From IMG/VR virus record IMGVR_UViG_3300027336_000062: 64,000 bases of DNA; one strand, 5' to 3'. The position numbers and the translations under genes are program-made. A model generated the notes under the pieces. That model did not search any database and was not told where the DNA came from. It worked only from the letters and a program-made list of their open reading frames with translations. Below are positions 45,044 to 54,075 of the stretch, piece after piece (position 1 is the first letter of the stretch; each line of letters begins with the position of its first letter). The stretch is from an uncultured virus (IMG/VR IMGVR_UViG_3300027336_000062). Taxonomy: Duplodnaviria; Heunggongvirae; Uroviricota; Caudoviricetes.

Positions 45044-46045
45044 TCAAAGGATGAGATCACCCGCTGCAATCAGTTGATCTTTTTGGGTGCACGCTGCAAA
45101 TGCAGGGCAGTACTTGCATGCAGTGACTTGGCCAGGAACCTCTTTGACGATGCCGACGTTGCCGTCTTCTGAAAGACGGATGATTGCGTCTTGCATCGTG
45201 TCGAAGTTCTTGGTGCTGCGAGCAGTCTTGTCAGGGTTCTTGTAGTACTTGAAGACCGGCTCACTGCGCCACAGCTCTGAGTCATCACATTGAGGAATCT
45301 CTTCTTCAGGTGCATCCCAGTACTGTTCGATCAAAGCCAGCTTCTTGCGGATGTAGGCTTCGGTCTCGTTGAGTGACAGCAGATCAAATGACTGCTTGTG
45401 GAACCGACGAGGTGGATAGCCTGGATCGGTTTTGACCATTGCACCTTTCCAGTCGGTGAAGATGTAATGAATGTCCATCTGATCCTGGTGGATCTTCTTG
45501 GGATCAAGCCAGCGGTAGATGCTGCCTTGCAGTGGAAACTTGTCAGCACCGGTTTGGTTCTTGTAGGTGAACACTGAGGTGGACTTGAAGTCCTGCACTC
45601 GGCCTTCACCAATGAAGTCAAACTTGCCGGTGATTTTCCACTTGCCCAGTTGGCGGCTGAGTCGCTGTTCCAGGTAAATTGGAATTGACTCGACGCCATC
45701 GGCTGCAAGGTCTTGCAACTGTTCGTCAGTTGGGTTGATTCGGATCTTGTCGATGACTCGCTGAGGCAAGCCAATGTTTTGCATGGCTTGCTTGTAGTTC
45801 GACATCCACGCACGTTCGATGCCGTCGTGAATGGCAGTACCCATCCGGCTGTTCATCATGTCGGCCAGGTTGACCAGGCCTTCACCTGGAGGAACTCGAG
45901 TCGGCAGAATGATTTGTCGGAGTGGTTTCAGCAGTGTAGTTGCGCTGATGGTATTGGGATCATTGTCATGATCGTAGTGATCGGTGGCCAGGAATACTGC
46001 TAAGGCCAAAGGAACTTCGGATACGTTTGCGTAAATGGCGGACAT
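45044..46045 (-). CDS. PD-(D/E)XK exonuclease-like protein (N4 gp42-like)
   Basis: ISATTLLKP, GTAIH, EQR, GKFD, DFK, Q..IY, C.YC....C. Confidence 0.85.
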   Translation of the reverse strand: MSAIYANVSEVPLALAVFLATDHYDHDNDPNTISATTLLKPLRQIILPTRVPPGEGLVNLADMMNSRMGTAIHDGIERAWMSNYKQAMQNIGLPQRVIDKIRINPTDEQLQDLAADGVESIPIYLEQRLSRQLGKWKITGKFDFIGEGRVQDFKSTSVFTYKNQTGADKFPLQGSIYRWLDPKKIHQDQMDIHYIFTDWKGAMVKTDPGYPPRRFHKQSFDLLSLNETEAYIRKKLALIEQYWDAPEEEIPQCDDSELWRSEPVFKYYKNPDKTARSTKNFDTMQDAIIRLSEDGNVGIVKEVPGQVTACKYCPAFAACTQKDQLIAAGDLIL

Positions 46046-46095
46046 GGTTTGCCTTTGTTGGTTTATCGAAGAAGCGGACGGAGCCGCGTGCTTGC

Positions 46096-46461
46096 TTACG
46101 GGGCAGACTCGTGAAGTTGGATGTAGCGGGTAAGCGTGTCCCGCGCTTCCTTGATGTCTTTGAGAGCTGACTTGCCACCAGTGCGAACACCGGAGAGCAA
46201 CAGCTTCTTGCTGGCATGCTGGATGCAGCCAGATGGGTCTTGGATGTCGAAGAGGTGGTGCACCGCATAGACATCGATCTCTTTGAGATCACCGACTGGC
46301 TTGTAGTACTGAGGATATTTCTGAGCCATGCTTGGCTCATTGGCACTGATAGTCTTGGTTCCGAGTACCGTTTGAAGTTGCAGCTGGCAGTGGTTACAGA
46401 AGTCGGTTCCTTTGGTTGCGTGGTTTTGGCAACCGACCGATCTACAGGTTTCGCGCTCCAT
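46096..46461 (-). CDS. Hypothetical protein
   Basis: N-terminal Cys cluster; Y.QYYK.V...IDVY.V..LF...HA.KKLL..G.R.GGKS..KDI.EA. Confidence 0.75.
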   Translation of the reverse strand: MERETCRSVGCQNHATKGTDFCNHCQLQLQTVLGTKTISANEPSMAQKYPQYYKPVGDLKEIDVYAVHHLFDIQDPSGCIQHASKKLLLSGVRTGGKSALKDIKEARDTLTRYIQLHESAP

Positions 46462-46484
46462 GTTTTTTCCTTTCTTGTAAAGAA

Positions 46485-46511
46485 GAAGAGCCCCAGGATT
46501 TGGGGCTCTTC
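46485..46511 (-). terminator. Terminator-like hairpin after RNR
   Basis: GAAGAGCCCCA-GGATT-TGGGGCTCTTC, followed by TTCTTT on -. Confidence 0.65.
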
Positions 46512-46540
46512 ACATAACCCCCGGAGGGGTCTGACGCTGC

Positions 46541-48481
46541 TTACAGAATCTCGCAGACGCCAGCCGTACAGGCCAGCTCTTTGGTATTCACAGTGGCATC
46601 GTCTTTCTCGAACTGAGCCAGTTGGCTCCAGTCGAGAGCAGGCATGCGTGCCAGCAATGCTTCGTACTCTGCTTTGGTGCATTCGGTGTACGGAGCCTGT
46701 TGGTACGTGTGATCGCTGTGAGGCAGGAAGCTCACACCAGCCAGCTGGTCGAAGTTCTGATACACCCAATCACCCACACCCATCCACTCGTGATCCTTGA
46801 CGTAGACCGTCACGGACACGTTGTGCTCAGTCCATTCGGTCTGCAGCATCAAGTAGTGATCCAGCTGCTCAAGGGCAGTGCGATCGTTTCTGAACACTGC
46901 ATGGCTTGGGCCTTGCACTGGGAAGCTGAAGATGTCTGTGCTGTCTGGCTTCATCACGCAGTCCTCGACTGGGAAGCCCTGTGCACGCATCAGCAATGCG
47001 AGTGGGTCTTTCTTGTCTGCACGGACTGTGCGGATGTAGTACTCAGAGTAGCGAGGGTGAATGCCGGATGCAGAGTCCACCAGTTGGCTGACTGTTCCGC
47101 TTGGCTTCACGGTGGTAATGGCCACCGATTGGTTGATGCCCAGCTTCTCAGCCCATTCCTTGTTGGTGGCAATCGCGGCTTTCTTCATCTGGCGCAACCA
47201 GTCACGCGATGTCTCACTGGTGTGGCTCAGGACTGGGTGATCCATGATGCCGGTCAGTGACACACCCAGCAGACGCTCTTCGATCTGGTTTTCTTTCCAG
47301 ATGTCACGCACGTAGCGGAACTCGGTCAGCAAGGACTGGTAAGTCCCGATGATGGTGGCAACCTGAACCTTGTCGATCAGGTCTTTCAGTGTGTCTTCCT
47401 TGCGGATCACCACTTCAGACAGGTTGCAGACACCAGCGCTGCGAAGCGTGATCTCTGCACAAGGGTTGACACCCACGATCTTGGAAGGATCACGACGGCC
47501 TGAGTCGATGGCTTTTTTAATGGCCGCTTCACGGTTGAAGATGCCACGCTCACCTGACTTGGATTCGATCAGGCTCAGCCATTCCTTCATGAAGAGCTCC
47601 ATGGCTGGACGCTCTGTGTAGGCTGCTGAGTTGTTGGCCAGAGCACGCTGAGGCTCGATTGCCCACCACTGACCGCTCTTGGCGCTACGCATGCGGTCGT
47701 CAGACAGGTTGCTCAGAGAAATCAGAGCACTGCGACGAACACCGCCTACAACCACGATGTCAGCGATCTTGCACACCAGGTCATGGCATTCGATCGATGT
47801 CAGCTTGCGACCGGCTGCACCCTTAAAGGTCTGGACGGCGAACTTGAAGAGATCGATCAGAGGCTGGGGACCACTGGCTCGGCCACCGAAGACCTTGAGC
47901 TTGGCTCCAGCTGGACGAACCAGGCTGGTGTCCCAGTTGGGGATGTAGCCTGCGTAGAGGTAGGTCAGCAGCTCACGGAAAGCTGAAGCCCAACCACGCT
48001 TGCTGTCCTGAACCACAATCGTGTGATCGACTGGAGTCAGGTGATCCACGGTTTGAATGTGCAGCTTGCCTTCTGAATCCATCATTGCTTGAGCACCGAT
48101 GATCGGCAACTTGGCAATGAATTGACGTTCAACAGAGAATCCCATGCCAGTGCCGCACATCAGGATGTACAGGATCTCGTCAAAAGCTCGGGGGTCTTCA
48201 ATTGCGACGAATGCGCAGTTGTAGCCAGCCATTGGATCACGTTCAAGTGCAGGGCCAGCTGTCATCAAGGCACGCATGGAAGGCATGGTGCGCAGACTCA
48301 GAATGCTGTTGAAGATCTGGTCTTTGGGGTAATGAGGAAACTTCTCAGCAAAGTAGTTGACGTACCGTTTGACGGTTTCATCCCAGTTTTCACGGCGCTG
48401 TTCAGCGTCGATCCACCGGGCATACCGACTTTTGTGCACGTATTCTTGAAGCGGGGTAGGGAGTTGGTTTGCTGGTTGCAT
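46541..48481 (-). CDS. nrdJ: Class II (adenosylcobalamin-dependent) ribonucleotide reductase
   Basis: PSMR, YNC, VVVGGVRRSA, NPCAEI, CNL, TVKPSGT, C-terminal ACTAGVCE; no beta subunit in the window. Confidence 0.88.
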   Translation of the reverse strand: MQPANQLPTPLQEYVHKSRYARWIDAEQRRENWDETVKRYVNYFAEKFPHYPKDQIFNSILSLRTMPSMRALMTAGPALERDPMAGYNCAFVAIEDPRAFDEILYILMCGTGMGFSVERQFIAKLPIIGAQAMMDSEGKLHIQTVDHLTPVDHTIVVQDSKRGWASAFRELLTYLYAGYIPNWDTSLVRPAGAKLKVFGGRASGPQPLIDLFKFAVQTFKGAAGRKLTSIECHDLVCKIADIVVVGGVRRSALISLSNLSDDRMRSAKSGQWWAIEPQRALANNSAAYTERPAMELFMKEWLSLIESKSGERGIFNREAAIKKAIDSGRRDPSKIVGVNPCAEITLRSAGVCNLSEVVIRKEDTLKDLIDKVQVATIIGTYQSLLTEFRYVRDIWKENQIEERLLGVSLTGIMDHPVLSHTSETSRDWLRQMKKAAIATNKEWAEKLGINQSVAITTVKPSGTVSQLVDSASGIHPRYSEYYIRTVRADKKDPLALLMRAQGFPVEDCVMKPDSTDIFSFPVQGPSHAVFRNDRTALEQLDHYLMLQTEWTEHNVSVTVYVKDHEWMGVGDWVYQNFDQLAGVSFLPHSDHTYQQAPYTECTKAEYEALLARMPALDWSQLAQFEKDDATVNTKELACTAGVCEIL

Positions 48482-48585
48482 TGGGTCTTTCTGGTTCCTG
48501 GAATGAAAAAGAGCCAAAGTCTCCCCAGGAAAACTGGAAACCTTGGCCCTTTGATTGGGGGATCTAAGTTTACTGGTTTTGGGTC

Positions 48586-49326
48586 TCAGTAGTTACCCTG
48601 AGTCAAAGCCGACCAAGAAACCGGGAATAGAGGTTGAATGATTTGGTTCACTTGTTCAGCCAGATCCTGGATTTCCTTTTGGGCATGGGAATCGGATCGC
48701 TGGTTGTAGAAGTTCGCATAGGCGTACAGGGAGCCTGTCCAGACCCAGTTGACCTCTACCCCTTGGGGCAGCATAAAACGGGCTTGCTCGGGGCATACGC
48801 CGTCGTCAATGGCCTTCTCGTAGCGGCGGATCAGGTGCTCGCAGTCTTCCCGGTACACATGGAGCCACATTTCACTGCGAGGATGCTTGCCGGCACTGCC
48901 TTGTTTCACTGATGCGGCCGACTCCCGGAAGTGATCCGGCAGGTAGAACTGGGGCTTGGTCGAGATGTACCGGCGAGACTCTTCCGACTCTACAAAACCG
49001 ATCTTGTGCTTGAAGCACTGGACTCGGATGGGAATGGGAGCCTGCATCCGGAGAGTGATCTGGGGATGGCCAAACGGCACCCAGTGGCAAGGAATGCTTC
49101 TGAGGTAGGTGGCTTGGCGCTTGACCTCTTCGGTGCTCATGCCTTCGGCACCCAGCTCCTTGATCAGCTTTTCCCAGTCTCCAGAGGCCATGCCTCGAGC
49201 CAGGAACCTGACCAGGTTGTTGTTCTGGGCTTCGGTGAACTTGTCAGCCAGGGTGGCAAAGGATTGCCTGGCGTAATTGGCTACATCCCTGTCTGTCAGG
49301 TAATGATTTTCGTAAACAGCTTTCAT
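48586..49326 (-). CDS. thyX: Flavin-dependent thymidylate synthase
   Basis: HWVPFGH, API.IR.Q.FKH, EESRRY, PEQAR..LPQ, R...HAQKEI. Confidence 0.9.
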   Translation of the reverse strand: MKAVYENHYLTDRDVANYARQSFATLADKFTEAQNNNLVRFLARGMASGDWEKLIKELGAEGMSTEEVKRQATYLRSIPCHWVPFGHPQITLRMQAPIPIRVQCFKHKIGFVESEESRRYISTKPQFYLPDHFRESAASVKQGSAGKHPRSEMWLHVYREDCEHLIRRYEKAIDDGVCPEQARFMLPQGVEVNWVWTGSLYAYANFYNQRSDSHAQKEIQDLAEQVNQIIQPLFPVSWSALTQGNY

Positions 49327-49390
49327 TGGTTCTTTCAGTTGGTTTAAGGGGAATGGAGGATAATCGATCGCATTTATCGGAGATGTCTCT

Positions 49391-52300
49391 ATGACAGCTT
49401 GCTCAACAAATACGTGTGGGGTCGGTGGCTGGGGTGGTCCCCTGCCTGGAGATCCGGACAACAACTCTGTCCTGACGGCAACTCCCGCTTTTGGCGGGAT
49501 TGATGTGTCTTGGTCTTACCCTGCAGTCAATCCTTTTGCAGTGGCTCACACCCTGTTGTTCAGGGGTTTGACCGATGACTTTAATTCTGCTTTGCAGATT
49601 GCCGTGGTATCGGGAAGCCAATACTACGACAAGACAGAAAACAATCAGCTGATCGAGTATTTCTACTGGATCAAGATTGTTTCTGTGAATGGGACTGTGG
49701 GTGAATTGATTGGCCCAGCTTCTGCTGTTGCCAGACCAACCATCGATCAGATGATCGAATTGTTGAGTGGCAGGATCAATGCAGGTGTTTTGGCTCAGGC
49801 TTTGAGAACAGACATCGACCGTATTCAGTTGGTCAGTGCTGAGCTGCAAGCGGAAATTGACAGTCGTGACTTAGCCAACGCTGCAAACAACCAGCTGTTG
49901 GCTGAGATGCAGGCAGAGATCAATGCCAGCTTAGGCATCATCACTGACGAGATCACCGGTCGCCAGGAAGGCGAGTCAGCACTGTTGGCAGAAGTCAATG
50001 CAGCGGCAGCAGCCATCGCTCTGGAGTCTACGACCCGAGCAGCGGCAATCCAGAACGAAGCAGATGCAAGAGCAACGGCTCTTTTGAATGAGGCTTCTGC
50101 CAGGTCTTCTGGTTTGTCTGCTTTGCAGACTCAGATCAACACGCTTCAGGCTGCGTCTTCTGGAGACTTTTCAGAGCTGCTGTCTGTGCTGCAGACAGAG
50201 CAGACAGCACGTATTGCTGGAGATCTTGCTGAATCGACATCCAGAGAGACTCTGGCTGTTCAGTTGCGTGGCGACTATCTAGGAAACAACCCAGCCGAGT
50301 TGTCGACAGGTTTGTTGTTTGCTGAGCGCCAGGCTCGCATCGCGGCAGATGAAGTGGTGGTGAGTTCAATCACTGCGCTGAGTGCCACGGTCAGCACCAA
50401 CGCTGCTGCACTGACTACGGAATCGACTACTCGAGCCAACGCTGATACGGCGCTTTCGAACCAGTTCACTACTCTGAGTGCACAGGTCAACAACGCTACG
50501 ACTGGTCTGCCTGCCACTCGAGCTACGCTGCTGAACAGCTACTACACCAAAACAGCGACCGACTCTGCGATCTCTGCTGCCACATTGAACTTGGTTTCCA
50601 GCACTGGTTTGGCTACGGTTCTGGCCAGCTATCCGACCACAGCTTCGTTGACCCAGAACTACTACACCAAGTCTGCGACCGATGCTGCCATCAGCAGTGC
50701 AACGACAACGCTGACAAGCACCTTCAATACAAGCCTTGGTTTGTATGTGCCAACGGCGACACTGACGAACAACTACTACACGAAGACGGCAACGGATCTG
50801 GCTATCTCGACAGCCTCGACTACGTTGTCTTCCGCGTTTGATGTGAAGCTTGGGCTGTACACGCCGACGGCAACGCTGACGAACCTGTACTACACCAAGA
50901 CTCAGGCCGACAGTGCGATCAGTGCAGCAACCCAGAACCTTGTTTCGACAACTGCTCTGAACACTGCGTTGACGGGCTACACGACAACTGCTGTTCTCAA
51001 CACCAACTACTACACCAAGACTGCTGCAAACAGTGCGATCTCTGCAGCTGTTCAGAACTTGGTTTCGACTACGGCGTTGAACACTGCGCTCAGCAGCTAT
51101 CCAACGACTGCCACGCTGACCACGAACTACTACACCAAGACGGCTGTAGATTCAGCGATCAGCTCTGCGACTCAGAGCCTGGTCTCGAACGCCGGTTTGG
51201 CAACCACGCTGGCTGCGTACCCTACGACAGCGACGCTGACCAACAGCTACTTCACCCAGGCGCAGACCAACTCTGCGATCAGTCTGGCAACCCAGAACCT
51301 GGTGTCGAACACAGGACTGGCTACGACTTTGGGCGGGTATGTCACCAACGCCACGTTGACGACGAACCACTACACAAAGACCCAGACCGATTCTGCGATC
51401 AGCAGTGCGACAACTACCTTGGTGTCGAACGCTGGCTTAAACACAGCCTTGGGTGCGTACACGACAACCTCTGCGCTGCAGACAAACTACTACACCAAGG
51501 CCCAAGCCAACACAGCAATCAGTGCTGCGATCACGACTTCCCAAACAACGCTGAACGGGAACATCGCTTCGGCTCAGTCCACGCTGCAGACCAACATCAA
51601 CACGGTCGATGGCAAGGTCACTTCGATCGGTGCTCGATACACAGCGGTGGTGTCAGCCAACGGTTTGGTTGGTGGCTTCGGGGTCTACAACAACGGCACC
51701 GTGATTCAGGCTGGTTTTGATGTCAATGAGTTCTGGGTAGGCTCAAGCCAATCGAACAAGCGCAAGCCGTTCATCATCAGTGATGGCATCACCTACATCG
51801 ATGACGCTGCGATCAACAAGCTGACCTTCACCAAGCTGCGGGATGAGTCTGGCTCTGTGCTGATCGAGAACGGCAAGATCAAAGCCAACTACTTGCAGGT
51901 TACTTCGATCAGCGGAGGTAACTACACTGGGTACGCTTGGCCTTCCAGCGGCACAGGCTTTCATCTTGGTCCTAGTGGTTTGCTATTGGGCAGGTACTCT
52001 GCAACCGATCCGACCAGCGGGTACTTCCAGTTCGACACCGCCACCAAAGCCATTTACATGAATGGTATGAGTATTGTGAACGGCCAGATTGCTTTCTCTG
52101 GCACGGTGATCAATACCGACAACATCAACAACGAGTCGGTCAACATCTTCAAGTTGGCTCGTGGTGCTGCGCTTCCGGATTACGTACGTACCTACAAAGG
52201 AGGCTCAACTCCTGGAGTGACTGTCAATGGTTGGTTGCCTTTGCAGTTGGATGCAGCAGCTTTGAACAACAAATTAGGTGCGGTTGATTACGACGCCTAT

Positions 52301-52723
52301 CGTATTTTGTTACCTGCAGGCACTTACTTTTACGAGCTGTCAGTCCCAGTAAAGTGTGATGGTAGTGATACCAATGATGCTGCTTACACTGCCATCCTAG
52401 TAAATCCGCCAGGAACATCTGCTGGTTCTACGCAAACTGTGTGCGGTGAGGTAAATGTGGGAGGATGGAAAGACCCTCAGTATGTGTACACATGCTGGGA
52501 GGAATACACCCCAACAAACTTTACTGTCCTCAGTACTGCAGGCGTAAACGTATTAGGTGACTGGCAAACTGGAACTATTTTTGGTGTCGGTCGATTTACA
52601 GTCAACGGGTCGACTTACATTTCTGCTGCTGTAAAAACTACGGACGGCGGTCCTGCACTTCGAGTTGTGGCTCGAAACGGGTATTCGACTACGATTCTTC
52701 GTATCTGGCGTGACGCTACATAA
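49391..52723 (+). CDS. Tail fibre / host-specificity protein 1 (1110 aa)
   Basis: N-terminal FnIII-like segment (YFYWIK.VS.NG), coiled coil, YYTK repeats, DUF1983-like GFG...PFII..G.TYI..A.I, distinct C-terminal domain. Confidence 0.85.
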   Translation: MTACSTNTCGVGGWGGPLPGDPDNNSVLTATPAFGGIDVSWSYPAVNPFAVAHTLLFRGLTDDFNSALQIAVVSGSQYYDKTENNQLIEYFYWIKIVSVNGTVGELIGPASAVARPTIDQMIELLSGRINAGVLAQALRTDIDRIQLVSAELQAEIDSRDLANAANNQLLAEMQAEINASLGIITDEITGRQEGESALLAEVNAAAAAIALESTTRAAAIQNEADARATALLNEASARSSGLSALQTQINTLQAASSGDFSELLSVLQTEQTARIAGDLAESTSRETLAVQLRGDYLGNNPAELSTGLLFAERQARIAADEVVVSSITALSATVSTNAAALTTESTTRANADTALSNQFTTLSAQVNNATTGLPATRATLLNSYYTKTATDSAISAATLNLVSSTGLATVLASYPTTASLTQNYYTKSATDAAISSATTTLTSTFNTSLGLYVPTATLTNNYYTKTATDLAISTASTTLSSAFDVKLGLYTPTATLTNLYYTKTQADSAISAATQNLVSTTALNTALTGYTTTAVLNTNYYTKTAANSAISAAVQNLVSTTALNTALSSYPTTATLTTNYYTKTAVDSAISSATQSLVSNAGLATTLAAYPTTATLTNSYFTQAQTNSAISLATQNLVSNTGLATTLGGYVTNATLTTNHYTKTQTDSAISSATTTLVSNAGLNTALGAYTTTSALQTNYYTKAQANTAISAAITTSQTTLNGNIASAQSTLQTNINTVDGKVTSIGARYTAVVSANGLVGGFGVYNNGTVIQAGFDVNEFWVGSSQSNKRKPFIISDGITYIDDAAINKLTFTKLRDESGSVLIENGKIKANYLQVTSISGGNYTGYAWPSSGTGFHLGPSGLLLGRYSATDPTSGYFQFDTATKAIYMNGMSIVNGQIAFSGTVINTDNINNESVNIFKLARGAALPDYVRTYKGGSTPGVTVNGWLPLQLDAAALNNKLGAVDYDAYRILLPAGTYFYELSVPVKCDGSDTNDAAYTAILVNPPGTSAGSTQTVCGEVNVGGWKDPQYVYTCWEEYTPTNFTVLSTAGVNVLGDWQTGTIFGVGRFTVNGSTYISAAVKTTDGGPALRVVARNGYSTTILRIWRDAT
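50521..51530 (+). repeat. Nine tandem 38-40-aa repeats in tail fibre 1
   Basis: Unit (T)L..NYYTK...(D/N)SAIS.AT..LVS...L.T.L..Y.T.A, spaced 114-120 nt. Confidence 0.9.
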
Positions 52724-52732
52724 GGACTTGCA

Positions 52733-53158
52733 ATGTTTTCAATCTACGATTTGTTTACGGGAGAGATCAAAAGGGTCTCTGAAACAGCCAACCCAAGCCA
52801 CGGAGAAGGCTTTGTTGAGGGGGAATACAGTTCAGCAACGCACTACGTCAAAAAAGGTGTGGTGCTTGAATTGCCTGCAAAGCTTGCCAATGAGCCTGTC
52901 TTTGACTACTTACTAGAACGATGGGTAGAGGTTGCAAACTTGGACACCCGCAGATTGTTGATGCAGCGGGGGAAGCTCTTGTCTGATTCCGACTGGACTC
53001 AGATGCCAGATGTCAATTTGGCAAACAAAGCAGAGTGGGCTGCATACAGGCAAGCCTTGAGAGACATGACGTTGCAGCCTGGCTACCCAGTGAACGTGGT
53101 TTGGCCTGTCAAGCCTGAACCAATAAGGTCTCAGGTCTTTGATGTGGGGAGCATGTAA
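52733..53158 (+). CDS. Tail fibre assembly chaperone
   Basis: R..LL.DSDWTQMPD...W..YRQALRD...QPG.P..V.WP.KP. Confidence 0.88.
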   Translation: MFSIYDLFTGEIKRVSETANPSHGEGFVEGEYSSATHYVKKGVVLELPAKLANEPVFDYLLERWVEVANLDTRRLLMQRGKLLSDSDWTQMPDVNLANKAEWAAYRQALRDMTLQPGYPVNVVWPVKPEPIRSQVFDVGSM

Positions 53159-53628
53159 TGTACTCGTTTGAAAAACAAGACCTGAATGGCTTTGTAATAC
53201 ATAAGTCTTACCAGCAGATGGGTGACAAACACCACAAGAGGTTTGGGGTTGGTGTAACTCCTTTGAACCAAGGCACCTTGAACGTGTATATCCAAGGACA
53301 GTTCAAACTCAAATGTGCTGGCTTTGAGCAAGTGCTCAATGCTGGCCAGACAAGTTTGGAAGTTGCTTTGGAAACTTATCCTGCAGGTCAGGTGTTTGAA
53401 GAAGAGGTGCTGAGTGATACTGGCACCCGCTTTTGCATTGGTTGCAAGCAAAAGGGAACTTGGTACAGAGCCAAGATTGATGTGACACCAGAAACCCCTG
53501 TGACAGGTCCAGGCTTGATGGTGGTTTTGTCTGGGGAAATCGGGGGACAAGGTGTTGGAAGCTGCTTTGTCTTGAATGAAAACGAAGTGGGTATTGGCAC
53601 TGGCACGGTAATTCGCTGCTGGGTATAA
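53158..53628 (+). CDS. Hypothetical protein (beta-rich)
   Basis: TAATG-coupled ORF, 156 aa. Confidence 0.65.
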   Translation: MYSFEKQDLNGFVIHKSYQQMGDKHHKRFGVGVTPLNQGTLNVYIQGQFKLKCAGFEQVLNAGQTSLEVALETYPAGQVFEEEVLSDTGTRFCIGCKQKGTWYRAKIDVTPETPVTGPGLMVVLSGEIGGQGVGSCFVLNENEVGIGTGTVIRCWV

Positions 53629-53739
53629 CCAAGTTTCCTATGGTCTAATACGGACCTATCAACGGATGTCTGACTGAAGCAGGAACTTCCGACACGCAAA
53701 TCTTGGATGCTATGCATCCATAGTCGGAGATCCTGCAAG

Positions 53740-54075
53740 ATGACTGAACGAATCAAGCTGGTTCGAGGCGATACAGCTCCACAAATTCGCCTCACGCTGA
53801 CTGATGAAGTCAGCACCACCCCCATCAATTTAACGGGCGCTACGGTCACTCTGCACTTCCGTGCAGTCGGTGCTGACACCGTGCTGTTCTCCCGTCCGGC
53901 ATTCATCAACCAGGACATTGCTGCCACAGGTGTCTGTGTCATCTCCTGGGAAGAGGATGACTTGGATGTGGAGGCGGGTGATTACGAGGGCGAGATCGAG
54001 ATCGTCAGGGCTGGTGGTGGCCGTGAAACGATCTACGACATCCTCAAGTTCCGAGTGCGAGAAGACTTCGCATGA
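53740..54075 (+). CDS. BppU N-terminal-like structural protein
   Basis: IKLVRGDT.P.I..TLTD...PINLTGATV...G.YEGEIEI...F.VREDF. Confidence 0.75.
   Translation: MTERIKLVRGDTAPQIRLTLTDEVSTTPINLTGATVTLHFRAVGADTVLFSRPAFINQDIAATGVCVISWEEDDLDVEAGDYEGEIEIVRAGGGRETIYDILKFRVREDFA

Noticed and set aside
45044..46045. Cas4-like nuclease as evidence of a CRISPR system
   Set aside because: Sits at the conserved N4 gp42 position in the replication operon; no array or other cas genes
50521..51530. Regularly spaced repeats resembling a CRISPR array or DGR repeats
   Set aside because: In-frame protein repeats with synonymous divergence; no identical DNA repeats, cas genes or reverse transcriptase in the window
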